NCBI GenBank assembly: GCA_013331945.1
Contig: DUFK01000014.1
Location: 9,234-51,912 of the forward strand
Direction: 5' to 3'
DNA from: Nanobdellota archaeon
Lineage (GTDB): Archaea > Nanobdellota > Nanobdellia > Pacearchaeales > UBA12030
Length of the DNA stretch: 42,679 bases
Shown: in pieces, positions 1-7,166 of the stretch
How positions within the stretch are numbered: position 1 is the first letter of the stretch
Layout: every line of letters starts with the position of its first letter
Notes under the pieces: model-generated
Seen by the model: only the letters and a program-made list of their open reading frames with translations
Databases searched by the model: none
Told to the model about the DNA's origin: nothing
Position numbers and translations under genes: made by a program

Positions 1-447
1 CTCCTTCTTTACATTCCTCTTTTCCTTGAATACCTTATCCCTCTCTTGCTGAAGCGATGCAAGGGCAAGATCTACCGAGATGTACATTTCATCGCCGATT
101 TTCTTCAGTCCGTCATTCTCTATACCTCTTTCTGGGTGTGCCTTGGTTATAAAGAGATAGGCGCCAAATTTATCCAGAACATCGCTGTATGGGGGCCGAA
201 AATAAGTAGGAGTAAGTTTCGCAATCATCTTCACCCCTCCAGCCTCTAGTTCCTGCTCGATCACCTCTTCAAGAGGAGCGGTGTAACTAACTTGACCTAT
301 AGCGGCCGCTTTAAACTGTTCATGTGGAATGCTTGCAGCACCAACTTCATTGCTCCACCTTACAAAGTCCTTGAAGCTGTCCTCATCAAGAGAAGCCATT
401 GAAGGAAGAAGAATTGTTTGCTGCCTCAGTATATTTGCCTTCACCAT
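1..447 (-). CDS. hypothetical protein, N-terminal 149 codons (C-terminus lies beyond the window start)
   Basis: Absent from the ORF track because no stop lies in the window. The hand-translated minus frame is open from the ATG (445-447) to base 1: MVKANILRQQTILLPSMASLDEDSFKDFVRWSNEVGAAS... A TATA-like ttataaataa (plus 473-482) sits about 30 nt upstream. No family recognised. Confidence 0.5.
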   Translation of the reverse strand, partial: MVKANILRQQTILLPSMASLDEDSFKDFVRWSNEVGAASIPHEQFKAAAIGQVSYTAPLEEVIEQELEAGGVKMIAKLTPTYFRPPYSDVLDKFGAYLFITKAHPERGIENDGLKKIGDEMYISVDLALASLQQERDKVFKEKRNVKKE

Positions 448-523
448 CTTAACTCAAAACAATGGGGGAAAATTATTTATAATTATCGAGAGAATTAAGC
501 TTCTTTCAAAACGCACCGGAATC

Positions 524-654
524 CTCGAAGCGAAGCTTCGGGACGCCGGAAAGCTCTGCTTTCCGAGCGTGCACTCATTCCGGCGCGCGGAAGCGCTTCT
601 TGCGAGAAGCGCTCAGAATCCGGAGGATTCTGGCGTGCCGGAACAGATGTTCCG
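524..654. other. GC-rich cluster of six adjacent perfect short hairpins (candidate structured RNA or REP-like palindrome cluster)
   Basis: Inverted repeats read directly: 526-540 cgaagc/gaa/gcttcg; 548-564 ggaaagc/tct/gctttcc; 578-592 ttccg/gcgcg/cggaa; 593-612 gcgcttc/ttgcga/gaagcgc; 616-630 gaatcc/gga/ggattc; 639-654 cggaac/agat/gttccg. The cluster lies between the sepF stop (728) and the TATA box of the next minus-strand gene. Confidence 0.6.
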
Positions 655-727
655 AGCACTTATGCAAGAAAGTAACTAAATCCCTACAAAAGAGGATCTA
701 GAATCAGCACTTTAAACTTTAAAGTAC

Positions 728-1153
728 CTAGTACTTATCGATAGGCCTTCTTGGAGCTCCTGTGTCCTCTGGAGCAGCTTGTCCCGTAGTGCCTACCTGT
801 GCGGGTGCGCCCCTTCCCCTGTGAATCTTTGCAAATGCAGGGGTTACGATTATAAGGTTATCGAATCCAGCGATATCTCCTTCAAGGGCATCACAGGTCT
901 TCTTAATCTTCCCTACAGCCCTCTTAAGCTCAAAGACATCCCTATCACGAAGGTGCTTGACATCAACTATTGCGATAGTGTAGCCATTTCGAAGGGTCTC
1001 TAGAACATTTTTGACATCATCGAATTCACGAAGAACAAAAGGCCTAATCAAGATTTTCGCCTTCTCTCCGACCTGTCCTGTTTCAACCTCGAGATACTCG
1101 CCTTCTTCCTTAGAAGAAAACATGCTTCCCAACCAATCCATCAATCCTGCCAT
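728..1153 (-). CDS. sepF: cell division protein SepF (archaeal FtsZ membrane anchor)
   Basis: 141 aa. Has an N-terminal amphipathic MAGLMDWLGSMF and a core (EYLEVE...ILIRPFVLREFDDVKNVLETLRNGYTIAIVDV...GDIAGFDNLIIVTP) that matches the SepF/DUF552 pattern. ftsZ lies in the same window. Confidence 0.85.
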   Translation of the reverse strand: MAGLMDWLGSMFSSKEEGEYLEVETGQVGEKAKILIRPFVLREFDDVKNVLETLRNGYTIAIVDVKHLRDRDVFELKRAVGKIKKTCDALEGDIAGFDNLIIVTPAFAKIHRGRGAPAQVGTTGQAAPEDTGAPRRPIDKY

Positions 1154-1267
1154 TTTACCTTCTTTTTTATCAGAATGTTATTTAACGTGCCTTAAAGTTT
1201 ATAAATATTTCTGTTTCTTCCGGCTTTTAGAGAGTACCACTCATTTTTAGCGATATTTTGCCGTATC

Positions 1268-1591
1268 TTACTTCATATGCTTCAACACGGTCTTGCGCAA
1301 CTCCTCAACATGGCTCTGAAGCGCTCTTTCCTGCTTTTCGATGCTTTTCATCCTAAGAGAGATCAGATCTTTCTTCTCATCGAGTTCTTTTTTCAGCCTT
1401 TCCTTGCTGCTTTTGATCATCACATTCCCGACAATCTTGAACACATCGCCTTTACTTGCTTCAAGCTCCTCGCTTGCAGACGTCACTTCTCCAAGTTCAA
1501 GCTGGAATGTCTGTTTCTGGAAAAGCAGGTTTCCAAGATTCTGCTCAAGCAGTTGTAATTCCTTTACTTTTTCATCTATGTCTTGTTCCAT
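1268..1591 (-). CDS. pfdB: prefoldin beta subunit
   Basis: 107 aa with two coiled-coil arms around a central beta hairpin region (VFKIVGNVMIKSSKERLKKEL). Size and pattern are typical of archaeal prefoldin beta. Confidence 0.8.
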   Translation of the reverse strand: MEQDIDEKVKELQLLEQNLGNLLFQKQTFQLELGEVTSASEELEASKGDVFKIVGNVMIKSSKERLKKELDEKKDLISLRMKSIEKQERALQSHVEELRKTVLKHMK

Positions 1592-1683
1592 TTTGCTTTA
1601 TTTTTGTGTTTGGTACTGGCTCGCAAGAAACACGCGTGTTTCCGCGTGCGTGCGTTTTTGTGTGTTTAGATGTGAGAAAGGGC

Positions 1684-1824
1684 TTAATCTGCCTTTATTC
1701 TCGTGACCGTGCTCCTTACTTTATAGAAGATCCTGCTATCGCAGTAAGTGCATTTACCTTTGGTCTTCTGCAAAGCCTTGTGTGCAATCTTCTTCCCACA
1801 CTTGAAACATTTGTAATTCGCCAT
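1684..1824 (-). CDS. rpoP: DNA-directed RNA polymerase subunit P (Rpo12)
   Basis: The track ORF 1684-1911 is trimmed to the internal ATG at 1822-1824. This gives MANYKCFKCGKKI...CTYCDSRIFYKVRSTVTRIKAD, 46 aa, with a CxxC...CxxC zinc ribbon followed by RI.YK.R, as in Rpo12. The upstream extension is low-complexity and overlaps a repeat. Confidence 0.75.
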   Translation of the reverse strand: MANYKCFKCGKKIAHKALQKTKGKCTYCDSRIFYKVRSTVTRIKAD

Positions 1825-1870
1825 TTTATTTATCTTGATTTTCTTTGATTTATTTTTTCTTTGAGTTTTT

Positions 1871-1934
1871 GTTTCTTGCATAAGCTTCTTTTGCTTAAGT
1901 GTTTCTTGCATAAGCTTCTTTTTGAAAGAAGCTT
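1871..1934. repeat. tandem 20-mer plus 10-bp perfect hairpin (AAGCTT hairpin family)
   Basis: gtttcttgcataagcttctt occurs at 1871-1890 and 1901-1920. The second copy runs into the hairpin aagcttcttt/ttg/aaagaagctt (1912-1934), which overlaps the eL43 stop codon (1933-1935). A third copy with the same stem lies at 11465-11497. Confidence 0.85.
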
Positions 1935-2127
1935 AAGGCCAATAAGCCTGTCCTGTAAATTTCTTTTTGCACTTGGTGCAGTTGAAAATGCCTACTGAAA
2001 CCCTCTTTACCGCGAACCTGCTGCAGAACGGGCATTTATGTTTCTTGTACTGCCTCACTTCAATCTTCTCGACTTTCTTCTTGACAGTTGATCCATACCT
2101 CGGGCCAAATCTTTTCGTTGAGTTCAT
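1933..2127 (-). CDS. rpl37ae: 50S ribosomal protein L37Ae (eL43)
   Basis: 64 aa, MNSTKRFGPRYGSTVKKKVEKIE...HKCPFCSR..VKRVSVGIFNCTKCKKKFTG.AY. This is the characteristic eL43 zinc ribbon. Confidence 0.9.
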   Translation of the reverse strand: MNSTKRFGPRYGSTVKKKVEKIEVRQYKKHKCPFCSRFAVKRVSVGIFNCTKCKKKFTGQAYWP

Positions 2128-2149
2128 TTTTCGTTCAGGTTGTTTTGTC

Positions 2150-2157
2150 TTTTAAAT
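2150..2157 (-). promoter_or_regulatory. TATA box for rpl37ae
   Basis: Minus-strand tttaaaag lies 23-30 nt upstream of the ATG at 2127, in the 38-nt gap after tRNA-Pro. Confidence 0.5.
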
Positions 2158-2165
2158 TTTTGGAA

Positions 2166-2333
2166 TGGGGCTGCCCGGACTTTCAAGGCCCTTCCATTGG
2201 TTTCTTTCGTGGACGTTTCTTCCCAAGAAAGGTCCATTTGAACCGGGGTCACCAGCTCTCTTGTTTTGCAGAAGCTTTTTTTAAAAGCTTCATCCCAAGG
2301 CTGGGATCTTAGACCAAGCTGGACCACAGCCCC
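2166..2333 (-). tRNA. tRNA-Pro (UGG) with two introns: canonical 37/38 (2258-2293) and T-loop (about 2179-2235)
   Basis: Minus strand reads GGGGCTG-TG-GTCC-AGCTTGGTCTA-AGAT-C-CCAGC-CT-TGG-G[36 nt]A-GCTGG-TGAC-CCCGG-TTCAAAT[57 nt]CCGGG-CAGCCCC-A. The acceptor, anticodon and T stems are all Watson-Crick. Anticodon at 2295-2297. CCA is not encoded. This supersedes the 73-aa track ORF 2124-2345. Confidence 0.85.
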
Positions 2334-2357
2334 ACTCAAGAGCAACAGGATTAATCC

Positions 2358-2367
2358 TTTTAAATAA
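2358..2367 (-). promoter_or_regulatory. TATA box for tRNA-Pro
   Basis: Minus-strand ttatttaaaa ends about 25 nt upstream of tRNA position +1 (2333). Confidence 0.55.
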
Positions 2368-2430
2368 TTTCTTTTGTGCTGTGCCTTGATTTAGGCCAGG
2401 TTTTCTAGATCCCAGACGTAGTCTTAAGTT

Positions 2431-3180
2431 TTACTTCTTCTTGGCCTCTGGCTTTGCTTCCTTACCTTTCACAGGGGCTTTCGCTTTCTCTGCTTCTGGA
2501 GCAGCCTTGGCCACTTTGCCTTCTGCGGCCTTGCCTTCTTCAGCTTCTTTTCCTGCCTCTGCCTTCTCAGCCTCTGCAGGCTTCTTGGCCTTTGCCTCCT
2601 CAGCAGCTTTCGCAGCCTCTTCAGCCTTCTTTCTCTTCTCGAGGATTGCCTTAACTTCAGCAAGCTGCTTCTCGAGAATTTGTGCTTTCTCAGCGCTCAC
2701 TTCGGTGATCTGCTTGCTGATTAATGAATCATATTTTCCTGCATTTATATCTTTGATTGTCTCCTTAGGCTCTTTCCCTTCAACAAGCACTCCAAGAGAA
2801 GTGCAAGTCCCGACCACATTCTTAACAGCCTCTTTAAAAGAATTAACTAACATATCCTCCTGTTTCGCTTTCGCAACCTTGATTGCCTGTTCGATTGCGA
2901 AATTCCCTATTTTTGCTTTGCTATCTGCAGCTCCTTTTGCGAGTGCGAGCTCTTTTTTTATCAGTTCAGAGGTTGGGGGGGTTTTTAGTGAGACAGTGAA
3001 TGTTTTTGTTACAGGATCTATCTCAACTATGACTGGAACCTTGATCCCCTTGTACTTCTCGCTGGCTTTATTCACATCCGCAATAAGTTTCCCGAGATTG
3101 ATCCCAAGCGGACCGAGCTGCTGGCTAAGTGATGGGCCAGGTTTGGCATTTCCGCCCTCGACCAATAATTTAAGTTGCAT
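2431..3180 (-). CDS. rpl11: 50S ribosomal protein L11 (uL11) with a ~90-aa Lys/Ala/Glu-rich C-terminal extension
   Basis: N-terminal ~157 aa match uL11 (GGNAKPGPSLSQQLGPLGINLGKLIADVN...KTPPTSELIKK). The rest is AEEAAKAAEEAKAKKPAEAEKAEAGKEAEEGK... Located downstream of spt5, as in the conserved archaeal cluster. Confidence 0.9.
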   Translation of the reverse strand: MQLKLLVEGGNAKPGPSLSQQLGPLGINLGKLIADVNKASEKYKGIKVPVIVEIDPVTKTFTVSLKTPPTSELIKKELALAKGAADSKAKIGNFAIEQAIKVAKAKQEDMLVNSFKEAVKNVVGTCTSLGVLVEGKEPKETIKDINAGKYDSLISKQITEVSAEKAQILEKQLAEVKAILEKRKKAEEAAKAAEEAKAKKPAEAEKAEAGKEAEEGKAAEGKVAKAAPEAEKAKAPVKGKEAKPEAKKK

Positions 3181-3232
3181 TTTTGAGTTTTCTTTATCTT
3201 TACTTTATCCCACAAGATTATTCTTGGAAAGA

Positions 3233-3709
3233 TTAATTGAAGTCGTCGCTTCCTTCTTTCTCTGGGCCATCAGCCTCTCTGCGAATGACGCGGACATCAT
3301 CTATCTTCCTAGTTATAGGTATCGAGACAGCTGCCTCAAGAAGTTCGATGACAACTTCTTCCTTTGCTTTGTTGATTCTCACGACGCGTGCTTTTTCTCT
3401 CTTTAGGGGCTCTGCAATGATTTCGACGATATCGCCCTTCTCTATATTCATCTCTTCAACAGAGGTTTCGAGCATGTGTTTTATCTCGTCAAAACCCGCG
3501 GGATTTTTCAGGAGATTCTTGACATACGGCAGGTTCTTGAAAGCCTCTTCTGCTTCTTTCCTGTTCTCTGCTTCCACGACGATGTAACCTCGTAGGCCAT
3601 GGGGCCTTATGACAGAGTATATCTTCAAGCCCTTGGATTCGACACGCCTTGCTATCAAATCAACTGCCTGTTCTTCCTTATTTGTTGTTACTTTCAGAAC
3701 AAAAATCAT
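3233..3709 (-). CDS. spt5: transcription elongation factor Spt5 (NusG)
   Basis: 158 aa. NGN domain (IFVLKVTTNKEEQAVDLI...GYIVVEAE) plus a KOW motif (EKGDIVEIIAEPLKREKARVVRINK). Canonical position upstream of rpl11. Confidence 0.9.
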   Translation of the reverse strand: MIFVLKVTTNKEEQAVDLIARRVESKGLKIYSVIRPHGLRGYIVVEAENRKEAEEAFKNLPYVKNLLKNPAGFDEIKHMLETSVEEMNIEKGDIVEIIAEPLKREKARVVRINKAKEEVVIELLEAAVSIPITRKIDDVRVIRREADGPEKEGSDDFN

Positions 3710-3728
3710 TTTTCTTCTACAACCGCAG

Positions 3729-4685
3729 TTACAATCTGATGCTGGCGATGGCCTTAGCCAGTTTTAGTGAATCGTGTCTTAAAAGGTTTTTCTTTCGGAG
3801 AAAATCGCCTTTAATGACATTCGCTCCGATGTGCCCAACATCAGGCTCTGTCTGTACCTTAAATTCTTCCTCATACCGCTTTAATAAATCTTTTGGCGCA
3901 GGGGCCGTATTGACGATAGCGTAGTCTAATTTCTCTCCAAGATAGCTCTCGATTTCAGCAACATGTTTTGATGCGGAAAAACCATCTGTCTCTCCAGGCT
4001 GGGTCATGATATTCACGACATAGGCCTTTTTTGCCCTAGAAGTGCAGATTGCTGGGGCGATGTCCTTTACCAGCAAGTTCGGCAGGACAGAGGAATAAAG
4101 ACTCCCGGGGCCAAGCACTATCAAATCTGCCTCTTTGATCTCCTTAAGTGTCTGAGGATATGCTTCTGCATCTGGGGATAGGAAAAGCCTCTTTATCGGA
4201 GAGTTAAAGTTCCTCTTGATATTGCTCACCTCCACCTGTCCCCGAACAACACGGCCATTCTCAAGCTCTGCGCAAAGCCTTACATTGCTCAAGGTTGAAG
4301 GAAGAACTTTTCCTCTTACACCAAGAAGGCGTGCTGCCTCTTCGATCGCCGCGGGAAAGCTCCCGGTTATCTCCCTAAGTGCAGTGATGAGAAGATTTCC
4401 GAAAGAATGGCCCTTCAATCCTCCGCGCTGAAACCGGAACTCAAAAAGCTGACGCAGAGATTTTTCCGAGTGCGAGAGGGCTACAAGGCATCTGCGTATA
4501 TCGCCGGGAGGTAGAATTCCGTACTCATCGCGCAGCACTCCGGAAGAGCCACCATCATCAGATGTCGCGACTATTGCAGTTATATTAAAATCAAGATCCT
4601 TAAGTCCAGAGAGAAGAGTAAAAAGTCCTGTGCCTCCTCCGAGAACAACCAAGTTCTTAGTCTTTTTTTCTTTAATCCCTTTCAT
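3729..4685 (-). CDS. YvcK/CofD-like (UPF0052, gluconeogenesis-factor family) protein
   Basis: 318 aa. VVLGGGTGLFTLLSGLK...ITAIVATSDDGGSSGVLRDEYGILPPGDIRRCLVALS matches the family signature. Confidence 0.8.
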   Translation of the reverse strand: MKGIKEKKTKNLVVLGGGTGLFTLLSGLKDLDFNITAIVATSDDGGSSGVLRDEYGILPPGDIRRCLVALSHSEKSLRQLFEFRFQRGGLKGHSFGNLLITALREITGSFPAAIEEAARLLGVRGKVLPSTLSNVRLCAELENGRVVRGQVEVSNIKRNFNSPIKRLFLSPDAEAYPQTLKEIKEADLIVLGPGSLYSSVLPNLLVKDIAPAICTSRAKKAYVVNIMTQPGETDGFSASKHVAEIESYLGEKLDYAIVNTAPAPKDLLKRYEEEFKVQTEPDVGHIGANVIKGDFLRKKNLLRHDSLKLAKAIASIRL

Positions 4686-4702
4686 GAACGGGGAAAACCC
4701 AT

Positions 4703-4714
4703 AAGGTATTTAAG
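4703..4714 (+). promoter_or_regulatory. BRE/TATA element aaggtatttaag
   Basis: Ends about 22 nt upstream of the ATG at 4736. It shares the AAGGTWT... form with the promoters at 13141, 24523, 35980 and 39455. Confidence 0.5.
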
Positions 4715-4735
4715 TTTTAGCTAGTTATTTTCCAG

Positions 4736-5371
4736 ATGAGACTTTTAGTTCCGGAAAAATTCCTTGATGAGAGCACAGGGAGTGAAGAATTTGTGGAGAG
4801 GGATTTCGACCTGGAAAGGATTCTTGCAGAAGCTCCGCTTGAGGTAGAGTTCAGGCCGGATGAGAATGGATTTTACTTGATGAATGATGCATTATTTATC
4901 CGGTACACAAAATCGGGTGGAGTTCTGCATAGAGATATGCTGGATCTTTTCTTCTTGACAACTCAACCGATGATTGAACTGAGCGGCGATAATGCTTGGA
5001 TGCCTTATTTGACTATGCATAAAGATGCAATCAAGTGCGACTATATAGCAGAAAAGATTGGTTCTCCTTTTTCTGCAATTTTTCCTATAGACGGGAGCAT
5101 TGGAGACACCGTGAATATCCACAAAGAGCCACCATTAGCATATGATTCTGAAGATAGAAGCAGTATGATCGGAAAACCAGAATGGTACGAGGAAGGAAAA
5201 AGAATTCTAAAGCAGGCTGCTGAAAAGTACAATGTTAGTGAGGCTTATGGTAAATTCAGATCATGGGAAAGAGCGCAGGCATATGACAACTTCAGGGCAG
5301 GAGTCAAGGGCTTCCTTAGAAAAGCCTCCAAATTCCTTGGGTTCATGAGCAGAGGAAAAACAGGTTTCTAA
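4736..5371 (+). CDS. hypothetical protein (orphan, opposite strand, inserted in the secE-spt5 cluster)
   Basis: 211-aa ORF with ATG start and a TATA at -25. No recognisable motif. Confidence 0.55.
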   Translation: MRLLVPEKFLDESTGSEEFVERDFDLERILAEAPLEVEFRPDENGFYLMNDALFIRYTKSGGVLHRDMLDLFFLTTQPMIELSGDNAWMPYLTMHKDAIKCDYIAEKIGSPFSAIFPIDGSIGDTVNIHKEPPLAYDSEDRSSMIGKPEWYEEGKRILKQAAEKYNVSEAYGKFRSWERAQAYDNFRAGVKGFLRKASKFLGFMSRGKTGF

Positions 5372-5413
5372 TTTATCTGGATAGATTATCCAGGAATAAC
5401 TATCCGAGAATAA

Positions 5414-5611
5414 CTATCTGAAAATTCCGCCAAGAGGCTGCCATAAGGCATAGAGCAAGAAGCCAAGAAGACCGACAATCCCGATTCCTATCGCAGAAAC
5501 AGCTGCAACAATCTTGAATTCCTGCATCGAAGGCTTGCGCGTTATCTGCCACACGCGCTTGCTCTGCTCAGTGAAGGATGCAAGTTTCCTAGGAATGTTT
5601 TTGAAGTTCAT
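5414..5611 (-). CDS. secE: protein translocase subunit SecE (Sec61 gamma)
   Basis: The C-terminal part, FTEQSKRVWQITRKPSMQEFKIVAAVSAIGIGIVGLLGFLLYALW, is the SecE amphipathic helix plus TM. The track ORF begins at a TTG (5665); I trimmed it to the ATG at 5609-5611 (MNFKN...), so the start is uncertain. Confidence 0.8.
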   Translation of the reverse strand: MNFKNIPRKLASFTEQSKRVWQITRKPSMQEFKIVAAVSAIGIGIVGLLGFLLYALWQPLGGIFR

Positions 5612-5703
5612 TTTTCTTTTGCTATTTTCAGTGCTCTTTTCTGTGTCGGTACGATTTAGAGACAATTTTAGGTTTTAAAACTTTTACTTTCGGAGAATTC
5701 TGT

Positions 5704-6045
5704 TCAAACAAGGACAGGTAAGGTATGCAGGTTATGTGCAAACTTTTCTGTATAAGCAAGAATATTCAAATCCTTGGCGAAGCCATAACCCATGCCCCTT
5801 AAAATGTCAATACGATCTATCTTATCTGAAGGCGACATCTGCAAAGTCACTTTCTTTAAAAGTGGTCCGGACAAGTAAACACGGGTAGCAGTCTGTTTCG
5901 TCTCATCGCCACTCCCTGAACCATATACTTTTTCTTGTATGAATCTCCACCCACATTCTTGAGCAGTTTTCTCGAGTGCGCTAAGAACTCTTCCCCTATC
6001 TTGGATTCCTTCTCCGAGAATTAAAGTATAATTATCATATCCCAT
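5704..6045 (-). CDS. hypothetical protein, coupled to ftsZ
   Basis: 113 aa. Its ATG lies 2 nt after the ftsZ stop codon (6048-6050). No family recognised. Confidence 0.55.
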   Translation of the reverse strand: MGYDNYTLILGEGIQDRGRVLSALEKTAQECGWRFIQEKVYGSGSGDETKQTATRVYLSGPLLKKVTLQMSPSDKIDRIDILRGMGYGFAKDLNILAYTEKFAHNLHTLPVLV

Positions 6046-6047
6046 TT

Positions 6048-7142
6048 TCAGTCAATAAACTCGATTCCAAGCTCATTTGCGGCTCCCTTCTCCCTCTCTT
6101 CGCGCGCGGCGAGCGCGCCGAAAATCTGTGGCGACTTCACTCCAGTCATGATGAGCATGACACGCAAATTTGCACCCATATCAGGGCTTAGGCTTGCTCC
6201 CCATATAAATTTCGCGTCTGAATCAAGCTTAGAGCTTACATACTCAATGACTTCTTTGGCCTCCTCAAGGCTCATATCTTTTCCGCCGACGATGTTCACA
6301 AGAGCCCCTGAAGATCCTTCGATGTCTATATCGAGCAGAGGATTATTTATTGCTTTTTCAATAGCTTCCTTTGCCCTGTGCTTACTGTCTGATTCACCAA
6401 CTCCGATCATAGCAACCCCCGCATTCGTCATAACTGTCTTGATATCTGCAAAATCAACATTAACCAGACCGGGCGAAGTGATGAGTTCTGTAATTCCCTT
6501 CACTGCATTTGTAAGAATCTCATCTGCAACCTTGAATGCAGTCTGAAGCGGTAAATCCGGAGCGAGTTCAAGAAGCTTGTCATTTGGTATCACAATCAGC
6601 GTGTCTACAAGGTCCTCAAGCCTCTCAAGACCGAGCATCGCATTCTCCCATCTCCTTTTACCTTCAATAGTGAATGGTAAGGTAACAACTGCTATGGTAA
6701 GGATTCCTGCCTTCTTTGCCACTTCGGCGATTACAGGGGCTGCTCCTGTTCCAGTTCCTCCCCCAAGTCCACAGGTGATGAAGACTAGATTAGCGCCCTG
6801 CATCCTCTTTCGGATTTCGCTTTCGCTCTCTTTGGCCGCATCAAAACCTACCTTTGGATTGCTTCCTGCTCCAAGACCGAATGTGAGCTCTTTTCCGATC
6901 AAAATCTTAGCAGAGGCAGTTGTATAAAGCAAGTCCTGTGCGTCGGTATTGACGGCGATCATATCAGCGCCCTTGATGCCGACTTCCATCATACGGGCAA
7001 GAGTATTGTTCCCTCCCCCACCTACGCCGAAAACCTTTACTCGCGCTTTTTGAAGCTCAAGAAATCTGCGTAATTCCTTATCAACCTCTTCAATATTCTT
7101 AGGTTCTTCTATCTCGAACCGCAACTCTTCTTTTTCATACAT
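6048..7142 (-). CDS. ftsZ: cell division GTPase FtsZ
   Basis: 364 aa. Carries the tubulin signature [13 protein letters not shown], plus [12 protein letters not shown] and NTDAQDL. Confidence 0.95.
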   Translation of the reverse strand: MYEKEELRFEIEEPKNIEEVDKELRRFLELQKARVKVFGVGGGGNNTLARMMEVGIKGADMIAVNTDAQDLLYTTASAKILIGKELTFGLGAGSNPKVGFDAAKESESEIRKRMQGANLVFITCGLGGGTGTGAAPVIAEVAKKAGILTIAVVTLPFTIEGKRRWENAMLGLERLEDLVDTLIVIPNDKLLELAPDLPLQTAFKVADEILTNAVKGITELITSPGLVNVDFADIKTVMTNAGVAMIGVGESDSKHRAKEAIEKAINNPLLDIDIEGSSGALVNIVGGKDMSLEEAKEVIEYVSSKLDSDAKFIWGASLSPDMGANLRVMLIMTGVKSPQIFGALAAREEREKGAANELGIEFID

Positions 7143-7166
7143 ACGAGGTTGGGGTAAAAAAGATAT

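Noticed and set aside
560-640. Possible divergent 5S rRNA (cactcattccggcgcgcggaag vaguely resembles the conserved C.CAU.CCGAAC..GGAAG loop C region)
   Set aside because: I could not build helices I, II, IV and V. The region resolves much better into independent perfect hairpins, which is not 5S-like. It remains open only as a generic candidate RNA.
329-679. 116-aa plus-strand ORF
   Set aside because: Its first part is antisense to the open minus-strand gene (1-447). The rest reads straight through the hairpin cluster. It is an artefact of GC-rich palindromes.
1871-1934. CRISPR array
   Set aside because: There are only two or three copies of a 19-20 nt unit with a 10-nt spacer and no regular repeat-spacer periodicity. 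No cas genes are in the window.
2124-2345. 73-aa track ORF (TTG start) on the minus strand
   Set aside because: It is almost entirely occupied by the two-intron tRNA-Pro (2166-2333). The protein sequence has no features and the start codon is non-ATG.
2441-3406. 321-aa plus-strand ORF and other long antisense ORFs (e.g. 6148-6927, 8882-9481, 23153-23644, 36417-37409, 41317-41844)
   Set aside because: They are antisense to confidently identified genes (uL11/Spt5, FtsZ, the PafA-like gene, RadA, the ATPase, a membrane protein). They have low-complexity Ser/Leu/Ala-rich translations typical of shadow ORFs.
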